From: Nitrospirota bacterium
GTDB lineage: Bacteria; Nitrospirota; UBA9217
DNA length: 64,000 nucleotides
Assembly: GCA_963751455.1 (NCBI GenBank)
Contig: CAVVUN010000015.1
Location: forward strand, 1,568,001-1,632,000
Reading direction: 5' to 3'
Shown here in pieces: positions 9,805-20,483 of this stretch. The notes under the pieces were generated by a model. That model saw only the letters and a list, made by a program, of their open reading frames with translations. It was not told where the DNA came from and ran no database searches. The position numbers and the translations under genes were made by a program. The stretch's first letter is position 1, and the number at the start of each line of letters is the position of its first letter.

Positions 9805-12800
9805 GAATAATTCCTCCGCCAGGGGAATTCGCACCGAAATCTCCGTTCCCGACATACGGGAACCGGTGATCGTCACGCTTCCGCCCCAGAAATACACCCG
9901 TTCCCTGATCCTGATCAGTCCAAGCGACTTCCGGTCACTAATCTGCTTTTCTGTAATGCCTTTGCCGTTGTCCTTCACGCAAAGGTGAAATTCGCCCTGT
10001 CCGCCTGTCAAGCCGATACTGACCTTTGTGGCCTTCGCATGCCGGGCGATATTCGTGAGCGTCTCCTGAAAGACCCGAAAAACCGCTGTCGAACGGTCGC
10101 GATCGAGAACAATCTCGTCCGGACTGAAAACAATGCTGCATTTGATGCCGGTTCTCTTTTCGAATTCTTCAGCCTGCCATTCCACTGCAGCGGCAAGGCC
10201 GAGGTGATCGAGTATGCCGGGCCTCAACTCGGTTGCGATTCTCTTTACGCTCTGCATAGTTGTTTCTATGAGCTCCGACATGGAAGCTTCTTTTTCTACC
10301 AGATCTTTGCGGTCAGAAGGGGTCTTTTTCTTCAACCACGCAAAATCCATCTTCAACGCAGTCATGGCCTGCCCAAGCTCGTCATGGATCTCCCCGCGCG
10401 ATGGAGGCCCGTTTTTTTTCGCGCGCCTCCTGAAGATAGCTGGAAAAACTTCGCAGCTGTTCGTTCAGCATCGTCAGCTCCGCTGTGCGTTCAGCCACCA
10501 GAATCTCAAGGTTCTCGTGCGATCTGCGCAATGCCTCCTCGGCTTCCTTCTGCTCGGTGACATCCTGAACCGTACCGGATTTGATGAGAGGTTTGCCCTC
10601 CGGGTCATAAAATACCTCGCCTATGGTGTGTACGGTCCGTACCGTTCCATCCGGACGGATGAGGCCGGTAATCCAATTCAAAAGGTTGTCGTTCGTAGAG
10701 CGCCGCATTTACTGCGTTTATAAAGGTTTCAGCGTCATCGGGATGCATGGCTTTCCCGACAGACTCGAACGTGGGAACATACTCCTCGGGGTTGACGCCG
10801 TATATACGGTACACTTCCTCGGACCAATAAAGCTCATTCGTAACAATGTCCCATTCCCAATTTCCGACGTGGGCCATTTTTTGCGCTTTGGACAGGCGCT
10901 CCCGACTGGTTGGAAGGGCCTGGTCAGCCTGTTTGCGCTCGGTGATGTCACGTACCACCGCAACCATGTAATCTTTGGTTCCTAAAGTCATGTACGTGAC
11001 GCTTACCTCCACCGGAAATAATGTACCGTCTCTGCGCCTGTTCATGCCTTCTATTGTCAGGTATCCCTTGTTCTTTGACTTTGGTGACATGATGAGTCCC
11101 AGAAGGTCTGATCGGGAAAACGCGCTTCAATATCCATGGTACCCAAACTCAGAAGGGTAGTTTTATCATAGCCGAGATTACTGCATGCCCGGTCATTTAC
11201 CATCAGGAAATGGCCCGTTGCAGGATCATTGACGAGTATTGCATCCTTCAGTGGTTGAGCAGGTTACGGAAAAGCAGTAAAGACTCCCTTGCCTCCTTCC
11301 TGGATGTCATGTCTCTCACCATTTCGATGACCGCACTGACTTTTCCAGACGAGTCCTTCAGCGGTGAAGCAGTGATGTCGAGGCGCAGGGTACCAACGAC
11401 AGATGGTGCGATTCTTTCTCCCCTGTGAACCGTCCCGTCCTGGAACGTCAATTCCACGGGGCAGCCTTCACATATTGCGTCCCTGTTTTCGAACGCTTTA
11501 TAACAGTTTTCGCCTGTATGGTCCCCGACAGTTTGATTCGCCAAATGGTTCTGATAGATGATCCTGAAATCGGGATCGAGGATGACCATCTGGTCACCAT
11601 TGTCGGCAATGATTGCTTCGGATTTGGATTTTTCCTCCTGTGCCGTCAGCAGGGCTGTCTTAAGCCTTTCTTCCGCCTGCTTTCGCCCGGTTATTTCCCT
11701 TATCAGCTCAATGCCGGCAACAATATTCCCCAAGGCATCCCTGAGGGGGATGCTGTTATTTCATAATGGGAGGTTCCCGTCTCAGTGGTCCTGTGCTGTT
11801 CCAGTGTATGGATTTTACCGTCCTTGAAGGACATGGTAAGATGACATCGTTCGCAAACCTGCTTTTTGTTCTGGAATGCCTTATAGCAATATTCTCCGAT
11901 ACGGTCGCCAAAAAAACCTATTGAGGCTTCGTTCTGATACAGGACTTTGTAATCCCGGTCCTGGATATTGATCCCATCGCCGATGGGCCGTGATGATCGA
12001 CTCGGTCCTGGCCTTCGCTTCTTTAGCTCTTGTAACCGCAGTCTTTAAGGATTCCTCGATTAGCTTTTTTCGCTCCGATATGTCCTTGAGAGGACCAGGA
12101 CAGCGCCCGTAATCCTGCCTTCCTCTGTGATTGGCGTGCTGATGTACTCGACAGGGAAGTTCGATCCGTCCTTTCTCCAGAAGACCTCATCAGGGGGGTG
12201 GTGAACGACGCCATCTTTCAGGGAAGCGGAAATGGGACAGTCCTCCGCGGGATAAGGCGATCCATTCAGACGGGAATGGTGCCCCCCAGTGTGCTGGTGT
12301 TTTCCGATGATCTCAGAGACGTTCCATCCCGTCAGCCGTGCCGCTGCGGGATTTGCGAAGGTTATTATGCCGTCAAGGTCGATTCCGCAGATTCCTTCGC
12401 CGGCAGTTTTCAGGATCATCTCGTTCCGGCGGTTGAGCAGCCGGATCATCTCGTCCGCACTCCGGCGTTCTGTTATGTCGCGGCTGACTCCCACCAGCCC
12501 GAGCACATTGCCCTGGATATCATGAATCGGTGCTTTGACGGTGTCGATAAATCTCTTTTTACCGTCGCTTCCGGTCATGATGTCCTCGACCTGGAGGGTC
12601 CGGCCGCTTTTCAGAAGCGCTTCATCGCTTCTTCTGCAGCTCTCCGCCAGTTCAGGAGATATCAGTTCTTCATCGCTTTTGCCGATAACCACTTCACTGC
12701 TTACGCCGGCGATTTCCTCAAACGCCTTGTTGACCAGCAGATAGCGGCCGCTGCAATCCTTAAAGAAAACCGCATCCGGCATGGCGTGAATCAAGGCCTC

Positions 12801-13646
12801 GAGTTTCGCATTGATATCCCTCATTGTTCTGTCCGCCCCCATGCGGTCTTCGATTTCGTTTACGAGACGGTTATTTATCCTCGAAAGCTCAGCTGTGCGA
12901 TCGTGCACCAGCCCTTCGAGCTGGGTCCGGGAAACCGTTGTTTTCTGCAGGTTGTCGACCATCATGTTGAATGTTGCCGTCAATTGCCCGATCTCGTCCT
13001 CCGCCTTTATCGGGATCCTGTACTCTAGGTTGCCGCTTCCCACGGTTTTCGCCGCCTTCACGAATTCGGCAAAGGGTTTTGTGATTCTTACGCTGAAAAT
13101 GATGCCTAGTACGCAGACAAACGCCGCAACACAGATGATAATCCATACGATATAGTTGATGATGCCGGCTATGCTTTTTCTGATCGGCTCGGCGGAAATC
13201 CCGATTCGAACTGTACCGAGGTTGCCTTTTAATATGGGGGCCGCAATGTCAAAGACCGACCCCATATCCATTGTGAGATGCCGGATGCTGTACGTCTGCC
13301 CGGTTTGTACGGCATTCGTTTTCTTCAGGTGTGGCGGGAATGACTCCCCGAACGTATGGGCGAGTACTTCTCCTTGCGGATTTACGACGAAGATATACTC
13401 GATGTCGCTTTCCAGAAATTTATGATCAACACAGAGCAGCCGGAGGGAGAGAACATTCTCCGTCAAAAGAGGATCTACAACCTCTTCAGCGAAGGCTCTG
13501 GCCAGAACAACCGCTCTTTTCTGGAGCTGCGTCTCGAGGATGTCTGTCAGCATGGTACGTATGAGGACAATTGCACCAAAGCCGAGAATCAATACCAGGC
13601 CCAGCGAACCGGCAAGAAATTTTGTTCTTAAACTCGATGCTTTCAT
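9801..13646 (-). CDS. Membrane sensor histidine kinase (2 TM, HAMP, about 6 PAS, HisKA_3/HATPase), multiple frameshifts
   Basis: Fragments 12060-13646, 11248-11733, 10605-11090, 10382-10708 and the N-terminal part of 9172-10365 join into TM-HAMP-PAS...-HDELGQ-ELRPGILD-FQETLTNIARHA-DNGKG. Confidence 0.82.
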
Positions 13647-14610
13647 TAATTATGATTACCCGTATCGGCTTTCATCCCTGTTGTCCATTCCCGCATCTCC
13701 CTGATTGAATCGTATGCGGTGTCGTCAGCGGAAACGAACCGTTCTATCATCATCCCTTTCAGGATTTCCCTGCCTGCTTCGTCCTTGTCGATATTGAGTA
13801 ATATTTTTTTAAGTCTTTCCTTGGTTTGAACGTCCAGTTCGCGGCGGACTACCACCGGTGGTATTCCGCAGGGAAGGGATTTCTGGATGATTTTCGTTCT
13901 GGATGTGTAGGTGGGGTCGGTTTGATTCAAATAATCCCAGATGAGGTGGTCCACTGCCGCCCCGTCCACCAATCTCTCCGCGACCGCCTTGATGGACGTG
14001 TCATGGCCGTAGGTAAAAAAATATTTCTTAAAAAAGGTATCCGGGGTCCCCCTGGCGAGCATGTAGGTGGGAACCAGCTTTCCTGTATTTGAATCCGGAT
14101 CGGAAAAAGGGTAAGGTTGTTGTTCTGGCTGGAGGTCATCGAACGTTTTCAGACTGCTGTCGCTTCGCACGATGATATATGAATAATAGACGGTTTTTCC
14201 GTATGCCTGCGGCACAACCAGGAGTTCCAGCCCGAATTCTTCGTGGCCTGCCACATACGGCCCGCTGCAGACAAAGGCAATGTCGAGATCTCCTTTTTTC
14301 AGAAGATTGTTGATCTCCTCATACTTATTTTTTGTAACGAATTGCACGGGCCTCCCCAACTGAACTCCTATATAATCGAGGAGCCTGCGGTAATAAGCAA
14401 ATCCCGCCCGAGGGGTGATCATCGCTCCGACGGCGATCCGCAGGGGATAGAGCCCTGTACAGGCTTGTTTTCCTCCTGGAAAACTTTTCTTTGTTCGAGG
14501 TTCACATTAGCGGTTTTATCCGTTCGGTCGCATCCGCCGGCGCACATGATAAAGGTTACAGTCAGTATAGAATTGACTGCTGAAGCTATTGTCCTGTTCC
14601 AGTATGACAT
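13646..14610 (-). CDS. PhnD/AioX-like periplasmic oxyanion-binding lipoprotein, frameshifted
   Basis: Signal and lipobox-like CAGGC in 14419-14610. Mature part has DIAFVCSGPY, YYSYIIV, FSDPDSNTG, FTYGHD and VDGAAVD. Confidence 0.8.
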
Positions 14611-14695
14611 TTTCCACCCCTTTGCTGTCCTGTCATGAATTGCGCCCCGCGGGAGGCTGTGTGTTGCCGCTAACCGTAATTCCAGGGTACCACCT

Positions 14696-17279
14696 TTAAT
14701 GGCTGAGGGGAATCCGGATAGTTATTGCTGTTCCCGATTCCTTTGAATTTTTGATGGCCACCTTGCCGCCCCAGGCATGAACGTACGCGTTCCCGTATCC
14801 CGATCAATCCAAGCGAATTCGGGTCAGCAATCTGCTTCTCGGTAATGCCTTTGCCGTTGTCCTTCACCCGCAGCATGAACTCGTCGGGCCCCCGTGTCAA
14901 CCCTATAGTAACCTTTGTGGCCTTCGCATGCCGGGCGATATTCGTGAGCGTCTCCTGGAAGACACGGAAAATTGCCGTCGAACGATCGCTGGTCGAGAAC
15001 GATCTCGTCAGGACGAAAAACGATATCGCACTTAAGGACCCGGTCCCTAATTCGAACTCTTCAGCCTGCCAATCCACAGCAGCGGCAAGACCCAGGTGGT
15101 CGAGCATGCCCGGCCTCAGCTCTGTAGCAATTCTCTTAACGCTCTCCATGGTGCTTTCGATCAGCTCCTTCATATATTTAGCTTCTTCCTTCGACGAGAT
15201 CCTTCCGTTCGGGAGGGGTCTTTTTCTTTAACCAGGCAAAATCCATCTTCAACGCAGTCATGGACTGCCCGAGTTCGTCTTGCGATTTCCCGCGCCATAG
15301 CGGCCCGTTCTTTTTCCCGGGCCTGTCTAAAGGTAGCTGGAAAAGTTGCGCAGCTGTTCGTTCATCATTGTAAGCTCGGCCGTCCGTTCGTTCACCTGTT
15401 TTTCCAGTTCGTCACGGGACCTGCGAATGGCCTCCTCTGCATGTTTTCTTGAAGTGATGTCCCTGACCATCTCTATAACCGCGATGACCTTTCCGGAGAC
15501 GTCGAGCAAAGGCGACGCAGTGATATCGAGATGCATGATTCCCACTTTCGTGGTTGCGATCCGTTCTCCGCGGTGGACCAGACCGTCTTTGAAAGACAGC
15601 TCGACGGGGCAGTTGTCACAGACAGTCTCCCTTCCTTCAAAAGCTTTGTAACAGCATTTACCCACGAGGTCCCCGTTCATTTTCCGGTCTACCTCGTTTT
15701 GATAGATGATTCTGAATTCGGGATCGAGAATGACGAGATTGTCGCCGATGGCGGCAATGACTGCTTCGGATTTGGCCTTTTTTTCCCCGGCGCTGATAAC
15801 GGCGGCCTTGGGAGTTTTTTCAGCCTGTATATGATCGGAGACATCCTTGAACACCACGACGGCGCCGACCACCGTGTTATTCTCGCGCATCGGCGTACTT
15901 ACATACTCGATCGGGAAAGAAGAACCGTCTTTTCTCCAGAATACTTCGTCTTTGACCTTATGGACAGTCCCGCTCTTCAATGCCTTATGGAACGCGCACT
16001 CCTCGCGCGGGTAGGGGGATCCGTCAGGCCTTGTATGGTGGAATGTCTCGTGTGACCGTTTTCCGATAAGCTCCGCAACGGACCAGCCGATCATTTCCGC
16101 CGCTGCAGGATTAATGAAGGTTATGTTCCCGTCCTGATCCAGACCGTAAATGCCTTCGCCGGCCGATTTCAGGATCATCTCGTTGCGGCGGCTGAGCAGC
16201 TCTATTATCTCCGAGGCCCTTTTTTGTTCGGTGATGTCCTGCCACATCCCGAGACAGCACACAGGCGTGCCGTTTTTGTCGCGAATTGCGGACGGGCTTA
16301 CGATGCCATGTATTATTCGGCCGTCACGGCATATATACCTCTTCTCGAATGAAAGATAATCCGCCTTGCCCGCGATCAGTTTTGAGAGCGCATCAAGCCC
16401 CTTTTTGATGTCGTCCGGATGAGAAATGTCTGAAAAAGTCTTTGACAAAAGCTCCTTTTCCTGGTATCCGAGCATTTCGCACAGTCTTTTGTTGACCTTC
16501 AGGAAACGTCCGCTAAAGTCGACGATGGAAGCGCCCACGCCTGCGTTTTCGAATGCCCGGCGAAAGCGCTCTTCGCTCTCGCGTATCTCTTCATCCTGAC
16601 GTTTTCGGGCAGTGATATCTCTGCTGACCGTGACGAGCCCGACAATGTTCCGGTTGTCGTCAAAAATGGGGGCTTTGAGCGTGTCCAAATATCTTGTTTC
16701 TCCGCCCTTGCCGGGGATCTGCTCTTCAAAATGAACGCTGGTCGTGCTTTTCAGCGCTTCCTCGTCGCTCCTCCTGCACTGTCCAGCCGCTTCCGGAGGA
16801 AACAATACATCGACGGTCTTGCCAAGAAAATCTTCCTTTTTACGGCCCGTGAGATTCTCAACGACTCGGTTGACGAGGAGATGTCTCCCTTCAACATCCT
16901 TGAAGACTACCATATCAGGCATGGATTGTATCAGGGCATGCAGTTTGGCATTCGTCTCTTCAAGCGCTGTTTCGGTTCGAATACGTTCGTCGATTTCCCG
17001 TTTATGAGCGGAAATCAAACTGACAATATAGAGGAACCCGAGCAGCAGGATGCACGATATTATCAACGCGGTAAGCTCTGCCGGCAAGTCGATCTTTACT
17101 GCATCGCCCGTGATCTCTCTGTAGAAAGAAATGGCCCGGCGGAAGGTCATCAATAGCGTCAGGAGCAACATGAAAGCTCCTATTGTCCTCTTGCCTGAGA
17201 GAGCCAGCCGCAAGGCAACGAGCGCTGAAATCATTTGAAGAAAGAGTGACAGGCTTATGATGAGCAGTGATATTTTCAT
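14696..17279 (-). CDS. Membrane multi-PAS sensor histidine kinase (3 TM, 4 PAS, HisKA_3), frameshifted
   Basis: ORF 15327-17279 (TM + PAS x4) continues into ELRPGMLDHLGL...FQETLTNIARHA...DNGKG. The corrected frame ends ...ITIRIPLSH* at 14696. Confidence 0.82.
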
Positions 17280-17426
17280 ATGCGCAATATCTTAAATAAG
17301 TTACTAAAGTTTACTGATGATGCCGAAAGTATAACTAAATTAGCAGGAGAGATAAAGGATAAAAAGAGGCGTTTGCGGGTGCAGAATATGCAATTTAGTG
17401 AAATTTCAGGTTGGCACGTACGCGCT

Positions 17427-17891
17427 CTATAACCAGCGGCGGACACGTTTGCAGTATGCCTCGAATTCACTACGGAATAGTGATGCCAAAACTTGTTCCT
17501 CAGGCTTTATCTGAAAGCGGTTAAGATATGCGATAAACAATGGGAGCAGCACAAACGAAACAAGGTTTGATAGATAGATCGACCATCCGAGCAGGACTAA
17601 GAGGAGCGACAAGTACATGGGATTCCGGGTAACCGAATAAACACCGGTTGTTACCAACGAAGAGGATTTACGCGGGTCATGCGGGTTTATTGTAGTTTTT
17701 GCGCGAAATATGGAAAGGATGCCTGCGGTTCCGAATATTCCTGCCAGTGCAGCCGTTCCCGCTGCAAGCGCCTTGTGTGCCGGCACGTCAAGCTCAGCCG
17801 TGGGGATTGCTCGGGAAAGCAGCCACATAAGACCCGCGAAGACCGAGAAGACAACAGGCGGCGGGACCTTGAGTTCAAGGTTCTTATTCAT
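17427..17891 (-). CDS. Isoprenylcysteine carboxylmethyltransferase (ICMT/PEMT) family protein
   Basis: TTINPH, LVTTGVYSVTRNPMYL, IKPEEQVL, YCKRVRRWL. Confidence 0.9.
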   Translation of the reverse strand: MNKNLELKVPPPVVFSVFAGLMWLLSRAIPTAELDVPAHKALAAGTAALAGIFGTAGILSIFRAKTTINPHDPRKSSSLVTTGVYSVTRNPMYLSLLLVLLGWSIYLSNLVSFVLLPLFIAYLNRFQIKPEEQVLASLFRSEFEAYCKRVRRWL

Positions 17892-17911
17892 TTTATGCCA
17901 GTACAAAAAAG

Positions 17912-18334
17912 CTATAGTTCACCTTCAATTGACCAGTTTATTTGAGTAGAGGGATCAACAGGCCAGGTTGTGTCGCTTACATGATAGATGACGAAGATAT
18001 CGATAGTATCGACAGGATCGCCTGAAAAACGAATATCCACGGGAGTCGGGTAGTCGGTTTTAGACGACAGTACGGTTTTAACCGGCAGAGGCAGCGTTGT
18101 CCTGAATTCAGTAACGTAATAGGTGCCGGTGGTATACGGTGTCATGGTTCCCCATTCATAGACGATATTTCCGTCAATTTGATAACATTTGTTCCCGTAT
18201 GAATCCTCGACACACGTTATGCGGTTTGAAGTAGAGTGACCGCACCCGAACAATCCCAGGACAAGTATAATCAAGAGACCTGTGTCCCGTAATTTGGCGA
18301 TCATTAACCTGCAGCGTTTCTCATATGCGCTCAT
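17912..18334 (-). CDS. Hypothetical lipoprotein
   Basis: Lipobox LFGC after a hydrophobic stretch; 4-bp overlap with the upstream GDSL gene. Confidence 0.65.
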   Translation of the reverse strand: MSAYEKRCRLMIAKLRDTGLLIILVLGLFGCGHSTSNRITCVEDSYGNKCYQIDGNIVYEWGTMTPYTTGTYYVTEFRTTLPLPVKTVLSSKTDYPTPVDIRFSGDPVDTIDIFVIYHVSDTTWPVDPSTQINWSIEGEL

Positions 18335-18852
18335 TTTTTCAAAAACCTTTCCACTTCGTTCGCCCAGACTTCGTATCCTTTGGCGCTCAAATGCACACCA
18401 TCGTCCTGCAGATAGCCGTTTTTTGAGTTCCCTTTTGAATCGACAAAGAGATGATACACATCGAGGTATGCGGCGTTATGGTCGCCGGCTATTCTATCGA
18501 GATCGCGGTTTGTGTTTTTTATAATGTTGTTGTCGATCCATGACAGGTTAACAGGCAGGATGCTTTGGACAACTATTACTGCTTTCCTGTACCAGGTAGT
18601 GAAGTTCCGGACGAGTTCGCTGTAGGGCACAATGATATTGTACTGCTCCATGGCAATGTTGTTTATGCCGGTCATGAGGAAGATGAAGTCGGGATTTTGA
18701 ACGCGGGACCTGATTTGCTCTCTTCGGCCAAGCAGACCTTCGACGGGTTCACTGGAGATGCCGAGGTTCAAGACCTGATAATCCGGGAAGCGCCGCTGCC
18801 AGTCAAACCATTCGGTAAGGGAGTCGCCTATGAACACAAGATGACCGGTCAT
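18331..18852 (-). CDS. GDSL/SGNH hydrolase
   Basis: FIGDSLT, NLGISS, GINN and DGVH blocks. Confidence 0.9.
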   Translation of the reverse strand: MTGHLVFIGDSLTEWFDWQRRFPDYQVLNLGISSEPVEGLLGRREQIRSRVQNPDFIFLMTGINNIAMEQYNIIVPYSELVRNFTTWYRKAVIVVQSILPVNLSWIDNNIIKNTNRDLDRIAGDHNAAYLDVYHLFVDSKGNSKNGYLQDDGVHLSAKGYEVWANEVERFLKK

Positions 18853-18992
18853 AATGCCTGAGTATAACATTTTTTTCGATGTATGGCTTTCTTTGCTTAA
18901 TCGAAATTACAAATTAGTAAAACCATAGTTTTATATTTCGTGTATAATTAAAACACTTTTCTACGTAACTCGGTGATCCCAAGGGAGGTAAT

Positions 18993-20483
18993 ATGGCGAA
19001 CGAATCCTTGCGGGCCTTTTCTTTGACCATCCTGTTTACCGTTATCTTTCTCTTCTCAATCCCCTTATTCGGCGCAGAACAGCAGCATATGATCTCAGCG
19101 AACGAAAAACTCTCTGTTGAAGACGTAATCCCCCTGACAATGGGAAACCTGCGCGGACACAAGATGCTTTACAATGAAGGGTGGTATGTGGTCACCTCGA
19201 GCAGCAGGGCTTTTGAATATGCCAGGGAAAAATCGATCATCTCATCGAAGACAGCGCTGCAGCGTGTCGTAAAAGACGCATCTACACATTCCGGCCAATA
19301 CAAGGAATCCGTCAAGACCGATATTCTGGATTCGGTAAAAACCGGGCAGAAGCTGGTGGCCGGAGGTTCGAAACTGAGCAATGAAATCATCGATACAACT
19401 CATACGCTTGCCCTGGCTGAACTTGATTACGCCGGAGATCGATTCAAAAAAGCAATGGAGGCATTTGTGCAGGGTAATATGTCCATTGCAAGACGGACGG
19501 AAGAAGACCGCCATGAATTGAGTGTCATCCCCGGGAATTATTATAATTCCATAAAAAGCGATTTCAGCAATATTTTCGATATCACGGAACAGAACCGAAA
19601 ACGCTTTGCGAAAAAGATTGATCCTGCCTGGGAGGCGTCATTCCAGAGGGCAAGCAGGGAGTTCCAGGCAGAGTACGATAAGTCCGGCAGGGAGCAGAAC
19701 ACGCTTATGGCCCTCGGGCCGATCCTCTACGGCTACCTCAAGTCGTTTTATTACGGGCTTGCTGCGCCGGCGTCAAAGACGATCGTGAAAACAACGGTAC
19801 GCGGGGCCACCTATACAGTATTCCTTCCGGTTACGGCCACATCCATCGTCGCGGGCAGAACAATTCAGTCTGTGGGGCTTACAGTCTATTATACAGGCAA
19901 AGCGGGTCTGAAGCTCGTATCGCCGACAGTCGAAGGCGGCCTTCTGAGCGGCCTTTCCCTTTTGTCACTTGGCTCTGTTCCGGTTACGTATGCCGCCGGA
20001 GGCACGATCGGGGCCATCAATCAGGTGGCGTTTTCTACGGTCGGGCCCGCTGCCGGTGTTGTCGAAGGGGTCGGAAGTACGGCGGCCCATTCCGCAGGAT
20101 ATGTCGGCTTTCTGGCGTATGACGCGGTGAAGGGGACTACGAAGGTCGTGATCAATCAGGCTTCTTCCGGCATCGTGCTCGGTTACAATGCTTTGACCGC
20201 GCTCCCGACGCATGCGCTGACCGGTGTGATAGATACCGCAGTCTTCCTGGCCTGGGACGGGCCGCGCCTTGTCATTGCCGCTGCCAAAGGACGCGTGAAG
20301 ATGAGCGACGAACCTGCTGCCGACGAAACCTATTCAATCGGTGATCTGCCTGTCGGGTCCGTCGTTGATTTGAAGAAGCTTGAAAAAACTGAAGGTGTGA
20401 GCCTGGAAATACTTTCAACAGACACTCAAGTCATAAAGAACGTGCTCGAACAAATTCCGGACGATGTGAGGGTGCGGGAATGA
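18993..20483 (+). CDS. Uncharacterised exported Gly/Ala-rich protein (paralogue A)
   Basis: 496-aa ORF with GGAGG RBS, N-terminal signal peptide and long G/A/V/T-rich hydrophobic segments in the C-terminal half. Confidence 0.8.
   Translation: MANESLRAFSLTILFTVIFLFSIPLFGAEQQHMISANEKLSVEDVIPLTMGNLRGHKMLYNEGWYVVTSSSRAFEYAREKSIISSKTALQRVVKDASTHSGQYKESVKTDILDSVKTGQKLVAGGSKLSNEIIDTTHTLALAELDYAGDRFKKAMEAFVQGNMSIARRTEEDRHELSVIPGNYYNSIKSDFSNIFDITEQNRKRFAKKIDPAWEASFQRASREFQAEYDKSGREQNTLMALGPILYGYLKSFYYGLAAPASKTIVKTTVRGATYTVFLPVTATSIVAGRTIQSVGLTVYYTGKAGLKLVSPTVEGGLLSGLSLLSLGSVPVTYAAGGTIGAINQVAFSTVGPAAGVVEGVGSTAAHSAGYVGFLAYDAVKGTTKVVINQASSGIVLGYNALTALPTHALTGVIDTAVFLAWDGPRLVIAAAKGRVKMSDEPAADETYSIGDLPVGSVVDLKKLEKTEGVSLEILSTDTQVIKNVLEQIPDDVRVRE

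Noticed and set aside
9172-10365. Apparent kinase-REC-LuxR fusion protein
   Set aside because: The regulator has its own GGAGGA RBS and ATG at 9804, and a one-base shift would stop the kinase at the overlapping TAA. Likely an indel artefact.
17412-17427. TGGCAC sigma54-like motif
   Set aside because: The -12 element is not TTGC-like, and it points antisense into the ICMT gene.
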